Source: Paramecium tetraurelia (lineage: Eukaryota). From it: a DNA stretch of 64,000 bases. Below the pieces are notes generated by a model. It was not told where the DNA came from. It saw nothing but the letters and a program-made list of their open reading frames with translations, and made no database searches. The position numbers and the translations under genes are program-made. Every line of letters begins with the position of its first letter. Within the stretch, counting starts at the first letter, position 1. Shown here in pieces: positions 51,823 through 64,000 of the stretch. Location: contig CT868665.1 in NCBI GenBank assembly GCA_000165425.1, positions 1 through 64,000 of the forward strand. The letters run 5' to 3'.

Positions 51823-54800
51823 ATGAATTATAACCACCACTAAATTGTAGAGAGATGGTTGAGGCGATTCCGTGGGTGTTTGAATTTCTGTTATGGGAGC
51901 GATTCTCAGTTGATAACGATGGAATTGCATAAAGGAGGTGTTCAATTGCTGAGTGTGCCTTAAAACAAAAACATATTCAACACACGGAAATACAGAGTAA
52001 AGTTCATGATAATGTTAGTTATATAACTTTTTACCTAAAACATTATACACTGCATTGGAAAGATTCGGAAACATCTATCTTTTAGGTATTTCCCTAATAA
52101 TGTTGATTGATCCAACATTATCTCCGTTTTATAGATGGATCACCATCTTCCCTGTCGGATTGAGTGTGATATTTTATGTCTTCATGGAATTCATATTGGA
52201 CATACGTAGACAGAGTCATGATCATAAAATAAATATGTAGACAACATCCAGAGGAGCAAAAGACGGTTCACTAGAAACCATAAAATGGAGTGATATTCAA
52301 ATTGGTGATGTTCTCTACCTGATCAAGGGCGACATAGTGCCTGCAGATATCATCTTATTAGACACGGGATAGGTGAGAGATAGAGAGGCAATCTGCATGG
52401 TAGACACTCAATACTACGATGGCAAATCTACTTTGACCAAGAAGAAGTCCTCATATTTGACTCAACTGATAGTCTTAAGAACAAGATTGAAGAATCAATT
52501 TCCAGAATACAGAAAAATGTTAACTGGAAAACTGGAATACGAAGCACCCAATGGGAACACCGAGAGATTCCATGGAAGATTAAAATTAAAGAAGGATCCC
52601 AAAAATGAAGAATTAACCATAGACAATTTCATCCCCAAAGGCACAAAGATTAAATAGACCTCCTGGCTATTCGGTTTAGTTGTCTACGTTGGTGAAAATA
52701 CCAAAACTATGCAGAGTAGTCATTATAATGCACAGAAGCATAGTTTCGAAGAAAAGCAATGTAACTTCTATTCCTTCCTCATGGCTTGCTTGTCCCTCTT
52801 CTTCACATTGATTTCAATCATTGTACTGTTGGCGAGATCAGATGAAGGTAATTTTGCCTTATTGATCGATAACAACACTACCAATGGAATGAAGGTTTTC
52901 CAATTGGCAATCCTGTATGCCTAACTAATTCCATCCACTCTTTATCTACTATTAGACTTCGTAAACTTCATTTCGTTATTTAAATATGAGATCAATTAAA
53001 TCGAAGATAATATTACCAAGTATGTTAAAATCAACACGTCTAACAACTTGAGTGATTTGGGACATGTTGATTACATGCTAATTGATAAGACAGGCACTCT
53101 GACTACATCTTATTACAAATTGGATAATCTTTTTGTTTGGTTCCCTATCATTTACTTTGAATTATGACCAATTGCAATCAACTTTGAATTTAAAATCTGC
53201 CAAGCATGAGGACAATGAGGATCCAGTCAAATTCGCTAGCATAAATGATAACAATGAGTATTTGATCCCATTTGAATATGAGAGAAAAAGCAGTCCTACA
53301 GATATCCAGCCAAGTGGGAAATTATTGTTGAAAAGTGTTAAAACTTCAAATAACAATCCTGTGTTTAGTCAGATAACTGCCTTGCCTTAGAACAAGAGGA
53401 TGACAATGCTAAATATGATGGAGAATTCGCTATAACAACCCTTGGCCGATTATTTGTAAACTCGAATCTTTCTGCCTTAGCCGAAAACTAGAAATAGTCC
53501 TGGAAACAACAATGATGAGTTCATTCAATTGGTGAATTAATTAAAAAGCAGTTCTCCCTAAAAGGAATACTTGTCTACTGATGATATAAATACATTGTAT
53601 TATGATGCATTTCTGAAATGCTTGATGTTGTGTCACGAGGCTAGACCAGTGTTTGGGGCTGATTCCATTACTTATGAATCCTTTTCAAAAAATGAGGAGA
53701 TCTCATTAACATTTGCTCGTTCTTGTGGTTACTCACTTGAAAATTTCAATAAATTTGATAGTCCCGATATGTATTTATGCAAGGTGAGAGGAAATCCGAT
53801 TTGGTATCAGATATTGGGATTGAATTTATTTACGTACACTAGAAATCTTAATTCCGTTGTTATATAGGCACCCATGACGATGGATTTGGAGTTGAAACAA
53901 AAGTATGAAGAAATCAATTAACTATGTGGGGAAGGATCGAAAAACAATTCATTATTAATTTGTAAAGGAGACTACGAAGCAATAAAAACCAAATTGTAAT
54001 TAAATCATAAGGAAAGAGAGGAGTTAGACTCCTACATCCAGCATTACAAATAGAGGGGAATTAGAATGATCATCTATGCTACCAGAGTGCTGAGTGAGAA
54101 GGAGACTGAGAACTACAAACAGCAATTTAATTTGTTGCATAGTTCTTTGACTAATCAGGATACCTTGCTTGAACAATTGGCATTAGAGTATGAAAAAGAA
54201 TTGAATATTATGGGAATGATTGGATTCAAAGAAGAATTGAAAAACGATGCCCTAGATTTCATCAAAACAGTAAAGGATTGCAATATCAATATTTGGCTAT
54301 TGAGTGGAGATTAGGAAGTGTAAACAATCAGTTGTGCATAATCTCTGGAAATGGCAGAGACATCAAAATATCTGAGGGTAGTGGCCACCGATAAGGAATA
54401 GATATGGTTACAGATCAATACAGCAATAGGACAGATCTAAAGTGAATTACAGAAAATTCAAGAGAAGTAATAAGATAAACATTAGAATGAGAATTTGATG
54501 GTCAGAAGTATGATTAAATCGTGTGTGACTCTTTTTGAGGGTGCCTCTTATTAACAGGTGTTACAATTTGTTCTGGTTGTCAACGGGCATTCTTTATCCT
54601 TGATAAGTGAATCACCTGATTTGATAAGTCATTTCCGATTCTTATCTTGTGTATGTAAGAATGTAATAGGATTCAACATGAATCCGCAATAAAAGGAATT
54701 AGCCTGCTTGATAATTCGTAATTACTTTCCTAACAATCCTACAGTTCTTGGTGTCGGAGATGGATACAACGATGCTTTGATGATGTAGGCTGCCAATGTC

Positions 54801-57800
54801 AGTATTGAGATCATAAACAGCAAAAGAAATCACATTTACCCTCAAGTAAATGCAGGAGACATAAGCGTAAATACATTATCTGAAATCAAAGTGCTCCTAT
54901 TATAGAAGTGCAAATTGCATAGTGAAAGAGTGTCAGCCATGATCATCTATCTGTTTTATTGTGCTGGTTTCTTAGGAATGACACTCTTCTTTTTCAATTG
55001 GTTTTGTCAATTCACGGCCACTTCATTGCATGATTCAATGACAGTATTTCTATACATCTTTTTGTACACCACTCCCAATGCTCTAGTCATTGGTTTAGCT
55101 GATAAGTAAAGTCAGCCCATCGTGAATGCTAGGTTTCCTGCCTTCTACATTGATGGATAAATCAGAACTCGTAGATTCTGGTTCTTTTATCTCATTGAAG
55201 GCTTCTTGGAGTCCTTCATTTGTGCAGCCTATACATTTTATTCATGTACTTACATGGTTAATTATGCATGGACAAATGATGGTCACTAATCCGATATTCA
55301 AATGGTAGCAACATCAATCATTTATTTACTAATCACTGTGTCGAGTCTCAAGGTGTTGTTTAGACTCTTTTACAATAAGGTGAATATAGTGGTGATAGCC
55401 TTCCTATTGACTTTTGGGTTATTGGTAGGGTTTGTTTTCATCAATTATAGGAGGGATTTCAGTAATTTTGATTATTAGGAATTGACTTATTAGTTATTTA
55501 CAAGATTCAATAGCATTGTTGCCATGGTATTTAGTCTCATAGGTTGCTACTTTATCAATTACTTTTTACATAATTTTATAAAGTTGATATACTTCCCAAA
55601 TGCTTATTAATAATTTGCATTCTAAAATGTAACTGGTTAAGAATGGGAATTGATTACAAACTAAGAGATTTTACGTCAGTGTCTAGATTAACATGTGTAA
55701 ATTATTATTTATATCAAACAATAGTAATGTGTCATCAATCATACAAAATGTGTTCATAGATTGCTCAGCAATTTCACCATACATCTAGGAGATGTTGAAT
55801 CCAGGTGATACCAAAGTAACCGAGATGAAATTGAAGCCTCTCACTCTTGAGATGAAGGAACTGGTTCTGGAATAAAAGTTTTTAGCTCACAAATTGATGT
55901 AATCCCTGAAGCATTTAAGACTCTTCTTATGCATCCTTTTGTTATACTACATAGCATACTGTTTGACGGACTTCTTTATGACAGATAAACGAGTCTTTAC
56001 AGGAGCATACTATTTGGTCGTATTTGGAATAATCTTTTTTATAATACTCTTTTCTTGTAGTCAGGCGATGGAACTATAATACTATACGTACTCACATATA
56101 ATAGTGCTGATCATATTTGCCATTAAGGTGGCGATAGATTGGTTATCGGATGATTTGACCCTAACTCTATCTGCCACTATAGTGATCCTATTCAGTACAT
56201 TTAATTCGATGAACATGAGTGTGATTCCAATAATGTTGTATAACATCTGTTATTTGATTCAACTCATCGTAAGGATCCTGATAGTTGTGATTTCAACAGA
56301 TCTCAGTACTTCTAATGGTACCTATTCTCAAAGTAGAGTGTCTGTCTATGCAGCCAGCACTCAGATTCTATTGGTTGTGAGTATCACAATTAGATTTTTG
56401 TTCAGTTACTACAAATCTATAAAACATAGAAGAAACGATTACTTAGCAAAATACCAAATAGAGCAGGATAATGTAGCTGCCCAAGACATATTGAGCATAT
56501 TGGTGCCTAGATTTGTGAGACAACAAATCCAGACAGGAATATTTTCGATGTAATAGGCTTAGGATGATGTTTCAATATTGTTTGCTTACATCTGTGATTT
56601 CGATACCATTATGAAGGAGGAAGGCAAGAATGTAGTGTTGATGTTGGACTCGTTGTTTAGATTATATGATAATTTGTGTATTCAACATGGAGTGCAAAAG
56701 ATTGAAACTGTTGGATATACATACATGGCTGCCACAGGAATTAAAGCATGCGAATAAAACATGACAGCTCATGTGACAAGGATAGAGAAGACTATGAGAT
56801 TGGTCAATATGGCATTCGATATGATGTAATAAGTGCAGGGGAGAAAGTATGGAAAAGGTAATCAAATTGAGATGAAGATTGGAATACATGTGGGTAGAGT
56901 CATTGCAGGTGTGATAGGTCACCATAAACCACAATTTTCATTGATAGGCGATCCAGTCAATTAGACAAGCAGAGTGGGTTCTACTGGAGACACAGGAGCC
57001 ATAACATTAAGTGAACAGGCTTTTAAATAGGCCAGACATGGAATCAAGTACTATTAGAAGAAATAGAAGGAGGCTAAAGGTTTAGGAATCATAGACACTT
57101 ATCAAGTTTTCAAGACTAAACCAGCTGGTTATTAAATACCAAAGGCATTTCAACTGTGGCAAAATTGTACAAAGCTTGTGGTGAAAGATTTAAGGTAGCA
57201 TAGAACTTCAGGCACCAAAAAATAAGGATAGTTCTTGTCGTAATTACAAAACTCAATATACCAGGACAATTTGCAAAAATCTAATAGACTTGATGCTTCA
57301 CCTAGAGGACAGTAGACTGTTCAATTTTTAATGCCTCAAGGAGGGTCAGCTCAAGATGAGAATAGATCGAGATTAACTATTGCAGCACAAGCAAATGAGC
57401 AAATTGTAACTGAGGATTCTATTTTGATAACAAATGAATAGGAAGAGAAAGAATTGGAATTAATTAAACCAAATGTTATATTGGATATACCCGAGAATGA
57501 GATAAAATCAAATTTCTATTAAATTCTTAAGGAATAAAATGTAGATGAATCTAGAGTAGGTATGATATTTTTATGGATAACTTATTTTGTAATTACTCTG
57601 TTGTCAATTATAGTTCGTAAATTGTTTAATCATGATTTATTGATCTTTGTCTTGAGAGTAATAGTTTAATATTTATCAATAGGCAATTTTCCTGATTTTA
57701 TCCTTTGTTCTATTCCCAATCCTGTCAAAAGCATATAGAAACAGAGCAGTGAACACTATGTATTACCTATTACTCATTTACGCTATCTTCACTGTGCTCT

Positions 57801-58858
57801 TCTAGGCGTATCTGACTGAAAATAGAGAAGTAGCAATAATTTGTCTACTCGAAATACTGTACATAATGATTGTGTCTTGCTAGATGAAGATGTTTTCTTT
57901 CCTGTAGGTAATACTGTATATGATGATCATGTTTGGATTATTCTTAGGATTCTACATATCTACTGACTTAATCACTCATTATGCTATCTTCTATATTTGC
58001 TGTTGCATGCTCATTCTATTGCTAGGATACTATCTCGCAATGAGTGAGCAGATACAAATGTTCAACAATTTGTAGATCAATGAAGAAAAGAAAGTCAAAC
58101 AAATCAACCTTGTAAGTTAACTGTTGCCCATGCATTCCTACCTTAAAATGAAGAACAGTTCCATCTATGATAAAAGTGACTTTATAGATGAATTTGATGA
58201 TGTGACTCTCCTCTTTGCTGACATCAAAGGTTTCACTGAATACTCTCATACGCAGAGTCCAGAAGGTGTCGTAACTATGTTGAGAAATCTCTTCACTGAA
58301 TTCGATAAACTTTGTCAAAGATACAATGTCTACAAAATGTACACTATTGGTGATTGTTATGTTGTCATGGGATTCACTAATAGTGCTAAGCGAAATGTAT
58401 TCTCTCATATCCATTTATTTAGCCTATTCAAGAAGCCATTAACACTGTCAAAATGGGATTTCAGATGGTCGATATCATAATGTCTGTGAGGTAGAAGATC
58501 CAATTTGACAAATTGAATATGAGAATAGGCATTCACACTGGATAGGTAACTGGAGGTATCATAGGAACTGATATTGTCAGATATGATATCTATGGAAAAG
58601 ATGTCTCCATTGCTAATAAAATGGAAAGCAGTGGAGTGGAAGGAAGAGTCTAAATCTCTGAAACCACTAAGTTGATGATTGAGAGAGCTGGGAAACATGC
58701 TTTCAACTTCAAATTCCATCATGTAATATGAGTTTATATTTTAGGATGTTGAGTTGAACAAATTCAATATGAACATTAAAGGATTTCTTGTGGATTGGGA
58801 CAAAAAGAGAGAAGAAGCTAGTCTGGATCATTACAGATCACCAAGTCGCCATTTATGA
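51823..58858 (+). CDS. Alveolate-type bifunctional P4-ATPase-like / guanylyl cyclase, with a 1-nt frame break near 53130
   Basis: NTRKYRLYNFLPK, VPADIILL, DKTGTLT, IWLLSGD, VGDGYND; two TM blocks; cyclase 1 KIETVGYTYM..GIHVGRVIAGVIGHHKPQFSLIGDPVN; cyclase 2 LFADIKGFT..IGDCYV..RYDIYGKDVSIANKMESSG. Confidence 0.92.
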
Positions 58859-58929
58859 TGCAAAATATAAAACTTAATGTCTAAATTATTATGTATGCAT
58901 AATTAATTTCTCTAAAACCTTTCTCAAAC

Positions 58930-59416
58930 TCAATCAGCTTTCTTTGTGCTCTCAGTTGTGTGCTTCTCACCCTTTCCTTTTGTTGACACCTTGGCTGATG
59001 CCTTTCTTGCAAGCAATTGCTTTCTGTCTTCATTTAAGTATGGCTTGGTGATGATGCATTGTGATGCTCTGATTGGTATTTGATATGGCATTCCTATTAT
59101 TATTATTATGATTGACTCTACCATTTGCTTTGGTTCGTGTCAATTTCTCAATCTGAATTGTCCATCTCTTTCTATACACAGATGAAACCTTTCCCTTTGT
59201 TCCCTTGTGAGTGCCTTTCCATACTATTTTATTCATACCTCTAACGACTGTCACCTCATCATCCTTTCTCACTGGTAATGCTCTAACATTATATTTTTTT
59301 CTTAAATCTTTTGATAAATGTGCACTCATTAATTTATATCTTATGTTGGATGGTGCACCGAGTTGAGCTCTTCTACCCTTTCTTCTTTGACTTGACACTT
59401 CTGTATGAGTTTTCAT
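58930..59416 (-). CDS. RPL26: 60S ribosomal protein L26 (uL24)
   Basis: [55 protein letters not shown]; introns at 59215-59238 and ~59093-59120. Confidence 0.96.
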
Positions 59417-59739
59417 TTGAAAAAGATTTAATTAAAAAATTAATTTATTGTTTTCTGGTATAAATTAGTTATTCATTAATATTATGTAACACCTCCTTTT
59501 CGCAGAATCAATTCTTTTGAAATAGCTATTCTAATTGTTGAGCTGTATAAAAGTATACTGCTAATATAAGCAATAATATACAACCAATTCATATAATCAA
59601 CTATGCATAATCCTCAAAATTGTGTTAAACTGTATATTTTCATAATATAAATATTCCTTATTCTTAATATGAAAGTTCTCATAAATCTGAGTAAAACACT
59701 TATTTTTTAAAAACAAATTGCAATTAGACTAAACTCAAA

Positions 59740-60700
59740 CATCAACTCAGTTGGATAACCATTAACTATCGAATATTTAAATTATATTTTACATAACTAT
59801 AGCTACTAGTGAAAGAAAATAGAAGCAGTTTGTAGAAGAAAGGATATCAAAATGAAGTAACAAGATTATTTTAGAATATTTATAACAAACGATAAATTCA
59901 TGATAATGCTAAATAAATATAAGCAACACTTTTTAAAATAATAAATAAGGCAGCCAGTTTGCCAAAATAATTGCTAATCCAAAATAAAGTAATGAAAAAG
60001 GCATAGATTAATAAATAACTTCATTATAATAATGATTCAAAAAAATTATAAAGAAAATTAGCTTCAGAGTACTACTTGATGGATGATAATCTAAAAGTTT
60101 TTGAGTGTCTTTATTATCATCTAATTCATATCCTTCATCTAATAATAAAATGGCAGATCTAATTAAAATCTCTTTCTTTCTAAAGTATTTACCCTTTTCC
60201 AAATGTTAGCCATCCTTAACACTTTATCAAAATTTGTGATAAGCTTCAGAGAGGGTAGTAGTCAAATCTTCATAATTAAATTTATAGATGCTAATTAATC
60301 GATCTCATAGCCAAAGCACTATGAGCATGAAGTTAATAGATTTAAAGAATGCAATTATCATAATTCTTCAATTTATTTAGTATCTCTAAAGTGGTTCCTT
60401 CACTTAATTTAAAACGTCATTATTATTTGATTAGAATCACTAAAGCTTTGTTTTATATTTAATCATTATTAATCATAAATATGCCCTTCATCTGAATACT
60501 ATTTGCAAATAATAACCTTTTCAATCATTTCAAGCTGTCTATACAAAAAAGACAACATTTACCCAATTGAAATCTACTTTTTATTTATATATCCTTAATT
60601 AATATTAAGTCGGGATTAGAATAGTATTGAAAGTCGCCAAAAATGGATACTTTCACAATAATGGCAAAACAAAATAGTGGATTTATTTTTCACTCTAAAC
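59740..60700 (-). pseudogene. Probable decayed multi-pass membrane protein gene
   Basis: Protein-like stretches (EKGKYFRKKEILIRSAILLLDEG..., then TM-like segments) interrupted by in-frame TGA and frame changes. Confidence 0.35.
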
Positions 60701-60808
60701 ATTTTAGGTTTAATGATATATTAATTTAATTGTAAACAAAGTTGAACAAATCATCCAACGAAAGAAGGAGTTTAAATTAATTATTATTAATGTTTATATT
60801 AAACTAAT

Positions 60809-61117
60809 TCATGCTCCAAAGCCATAAAGAGTTCTGCCTTATCTCTTTAAGGAGTACACAACATCCATTACGGTAACTGTCTTTCTTCTGGCATGCTCTG
60901 TATAGGTGATAGCATCTCTAACAACATTTTCTAAGAAGCTCTTCAAAACATTTCTTGAGTCATCATAAAGGAATGATGAAATTCTCTTAACACCTCCTCT
61001 TCTTGCTAATCTTCTGATAGCTGGTTTTGTAATTCCTTCAATGGATGCTTTGTTTGGTTTTCTTGCATGTCTCTTTGCGCTGACTTTGCCAATTCCTTTG
61101 CCTGATTTTCCTGCCAT
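60809..61117 (-). CDS. H4: Histone H4
   Basis: [17 protein letters not shown]...[20 protein letters not shown]...YSLKR(TAA=Q)[12 protein letters not shown]; intronless. Confidence 0.98.
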
Positions 61118-61199
61118 TTTTATTGATTTGAATTAATGAAAATAAAAAAAGTAGGTTGTATATTGTAATATTAATCCGAATAATCGATAAATCAACCAA

Positions 61200-63290
61200 T
61201 CATAATTTTTGTTTAGAAAAGTTAATTTATATAGGTCTATATATATATTACAAAATATAATTACTTTCCATCCAATTCTAATCCATTCATATTTGCTAAA
61301 ACTGTCAATGCCACTTCAGTAGTGGCATATTTCAGGATACACAAATACTTATTGCCAGTAGATAGGATTCTAATTATTACACTCTTCTTACTTCAACGCT
61401 TTGATTTATCCAAAATCTTGCATATATTATTACATTATAGAATTTTGACAAGAATTTCTTGTAAGATTAGAAACTTAGATTGTGTCACAAGGTGGAGCAA
61501 GAGTATAAGTGGAATCAGGTTTGATGCGGTGAGTTTCTTCTCCTCCCTAGAAATATTCCTCTTGGGTTTTAGGATCAGAAGCAATTTCACCTGGTTTGGT
61601 TGGTTATGTTTTTAAGGATATTTCCTCATAATTTGAAAAAAAGATCTAGTTATGGATGTGTGTATACTTTGATTTATTATCCATAAAACATGATGTCATT
61701 CAACGCCTCTTTGGCTATAGCTGCATGACCCTGCATCACATATTGAATGAGACAACTTGATCTCTCCTTGAGATAGATCATCTTGTCTATGTTGCCATAG
61801 ATGCTGAATATATTGTAAAGCATAGCCGATGTGACAACTTTCTTATCGAACCACCGAGCGTAGATGACTTTAGATTTGCGTAGAGCTAAAGAAAATCAAT
61901 AAAAGTTGAACCTTTAAAAAATAGGGGATTCACATATTCTTCCAACTTCTCTTATTATTATTATAGAGTCTGACTTTTGGAAGTGCTTTACCTCTGGATC
62001 TTACCTTTGCTGATCAATTGATCAATGTTGTCGACACTCCTCGATGATTATTCAATGGTGTTTTGCTGTGTTTGTTTTTCAACTTGATGAGCCACTTGAT
62101 TATCATTTTTGTCAAAGAGCATATCTTGATTCAATTTATTGAAGATCTTCTGTTTCTCTCCTTCAGTGAACTCTTGATTCTGATCAACAAACTTGAACAA
62201 TTCATTGTTGATGTCATCTTCCTCGTTCTCAATCTCATTATCACATTAGAATAGTTCTTCCTCGTATTCCTGAAGATTGTCATCCTCTCCTTCCGAGTCT
62301 CTCAAACCCAATCCATTGAAATTGAGATCTTCTGCTTTCGCAACGCTCTTCCCCTCACTCAAATACATTTTCTGCACCTGCATTTGATCAATCAATTTAT
62401 CAGAACTATGGAACATGACATCCTTTGTAACATCGGTTTCATGGTAACTCTGTATGAATTCAATCTAATCCCCATTTTGAGCCTTTTTGTCATTGGGCAG
62501 TGTTAGTTTCTTTCGATTTTGTTTGCCGTTGTTGCTAGATTGCACACTGATTGACTTTTAATCGTCTAGTTGATTGTATTCCTATAAGAAGTTTTAGTAA
62601 TTGTCGGTGAGATTAGAAAATTTTAGTTAAAAATCGTAAATGTCCTTCAAAATCGACTGCTGCTTCTCGATCTGATTCTAAAGGTCGTTTGTCTATTGTA
62701 AAGGTGTGGCAAAGCCTTCTGCACAGGCCTGTTACAATTGCCCCATCAGAGAATTGATTTGCTGGATTTGCTGAGACATTTGGTGTTAGAACTGCATTTG
62801 TGATTACAAGAATTAGAAGTTTTATTAAGGAGGAATGGGATTGCTTTTGATGGACGAAGAAGATTATGTCACTTCATTTGGAGGTGAGGATTCCTTTTTT
62901 CTTAACTGAGTGTAATCTACCAATTAATCACACTCATACCTACTCCCCCCGTGTTGTTCTCTTGGAATGTGATGTAGGTCAATTTGCTCGCATACACATT
63001 CATCAACAATGTGTTATCATCACAGAAGAATTTATCATTCATCTATGATCTAGCTTTTAGTGCTGATTCTGGGTTGTCGAATTCCACAAAGGTTTTCCAT
63101 GTGAGTGATCTCTCAAAGATGAGCATCTAAACAACTATAGCCCAACACTTACTCTCTATATGGTACCAAAAGGGCTAAACACTTTAAAATATTTATCATG
63201 ACTCAAGGTTTTGTTAGCTTTGTTAGTTATTACAACCAAAATCACATTAGTACGGGGAGGATCAGAGTTTCTTTCGATTTAAGAATTCAT
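61200..63290 (-). CDS. Polypyrimidine-tract-binding/hnRNP L-like multi-RRM protein
   Basis: KVFSPFGTIQRMLIFER..TFVEF; VTSAMLYNIFSIYGNIDKM..LIQY; APPCDTIQVSNL; ends PIQINFSKQKL-TGA. Confidence 0.82.
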
Positions 63291-64000
63291 AATTAGATTT
63301 AGAGAAATTTAATATTTATTTATTGTTTACAACAAATGCAAATTATAAATCTATACAGATTTCTACAAATTGTCTAATCGTGTTTATCACTAAAGAATAC
63401 CCTCTCTTCAAAGTACTCCAACTCTCCTTACACACTCCTATTAAATTTCTATTCCATATATAGAAATTTCTTCTTGAGGAGCGGTTAGTTATTATTACTA
63501 ACACCTATAAATTATGTAGTCTAGTGAGATTGAATCTCTTTGAAAAAGAAGACAAAAGATTAATTAAATTAGGATGATGACAAATGCTCATAAATAAGAT
63601 CCTTTATTTTTAAGTAATCAATTATTAAGTTAATTAATTATTTCGAATTGTTAACTCTTTTTATTATAATGATCAATCTTATTATTGCTTAAAATCTGTA
63701 ACTGTGTATATCATTTTATCCTCCAAATTATTCTATCATTATTTCATCCTCATTAAAAGATTAGTATAAATTAGGGGTTTATTAGGCATAATTTGCTTAG
63801 CAATTAAGTGTATATGTTTTGTGTTACTAGTAATTAGAATAACACTATAGATGTATATTTAAAAAGAATGAATATCAGAATTGCGTATACACTTTCCTTT
63901 TATGTTATGTTGAGTTTTAATCACAAAATATCCATTTTATTTTCTTGTATTTAAAATTGAATATAAATAATTATCTATTCCCATATGCTAATATCATTAA

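Noticed and set aside
63300..64000. Short plus-strand ORF and a TTAGGGGTTT telomere-like word near 63771
   Set aside because: The ORF is unrecognisable, and a single imperfect unit is not an internal telomere

Overview
This is the end of a ciliate macronuclear chromosome, almost certainly Paramecium. It has a mixed C4A2/C3A3 telomere at 1-64, uses genetic code 6 (TAA/TAG=Gln, TGA the only stop; histone H4 reads through TAA into [12 protein letters not shown]), has 20-33 nt GT-AG introns and is very gene-dense. The supplied ORF track treats TAA/TAG as stops, so it is mostly fragments or antisense noise. All genes here were re-translated by eye with code 6, and product calls come from motif recognition, not database searches. 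From the telomere inward: a pentapeptide+WD40 gene cut off by the telomere; about 5 kb of gene-poor, decayed DNA; then about 30 genes. These include a CstB-like persulfide dioxygenase-rhodanese fusion, an intronless HSP70 with a heat-shock element, eRF3, BCAT, two tandem MFS transporters, CMC1-like, a CTD phosphatase, a mitochondrial carrier, several kinases or pseudokinases, an RCC1-repeat protein, a Mei2-like RRM protein, a PHD-DDT-WSD-PHD protein, DZIP1-like, ARMC9, a 3R-Myb, a P4-ATPase-guanylyl cyclase fusion, RPL26, histone H4 and a PTB-like protein. I found no clearly new multi-gene system. The best leads are the telomere added inside an ORF, the bacterial-type sulfide-detox fusion, the ISWI-partner-like chromatin protein, the eRF3 N-terminus and two single-base frame breaks.
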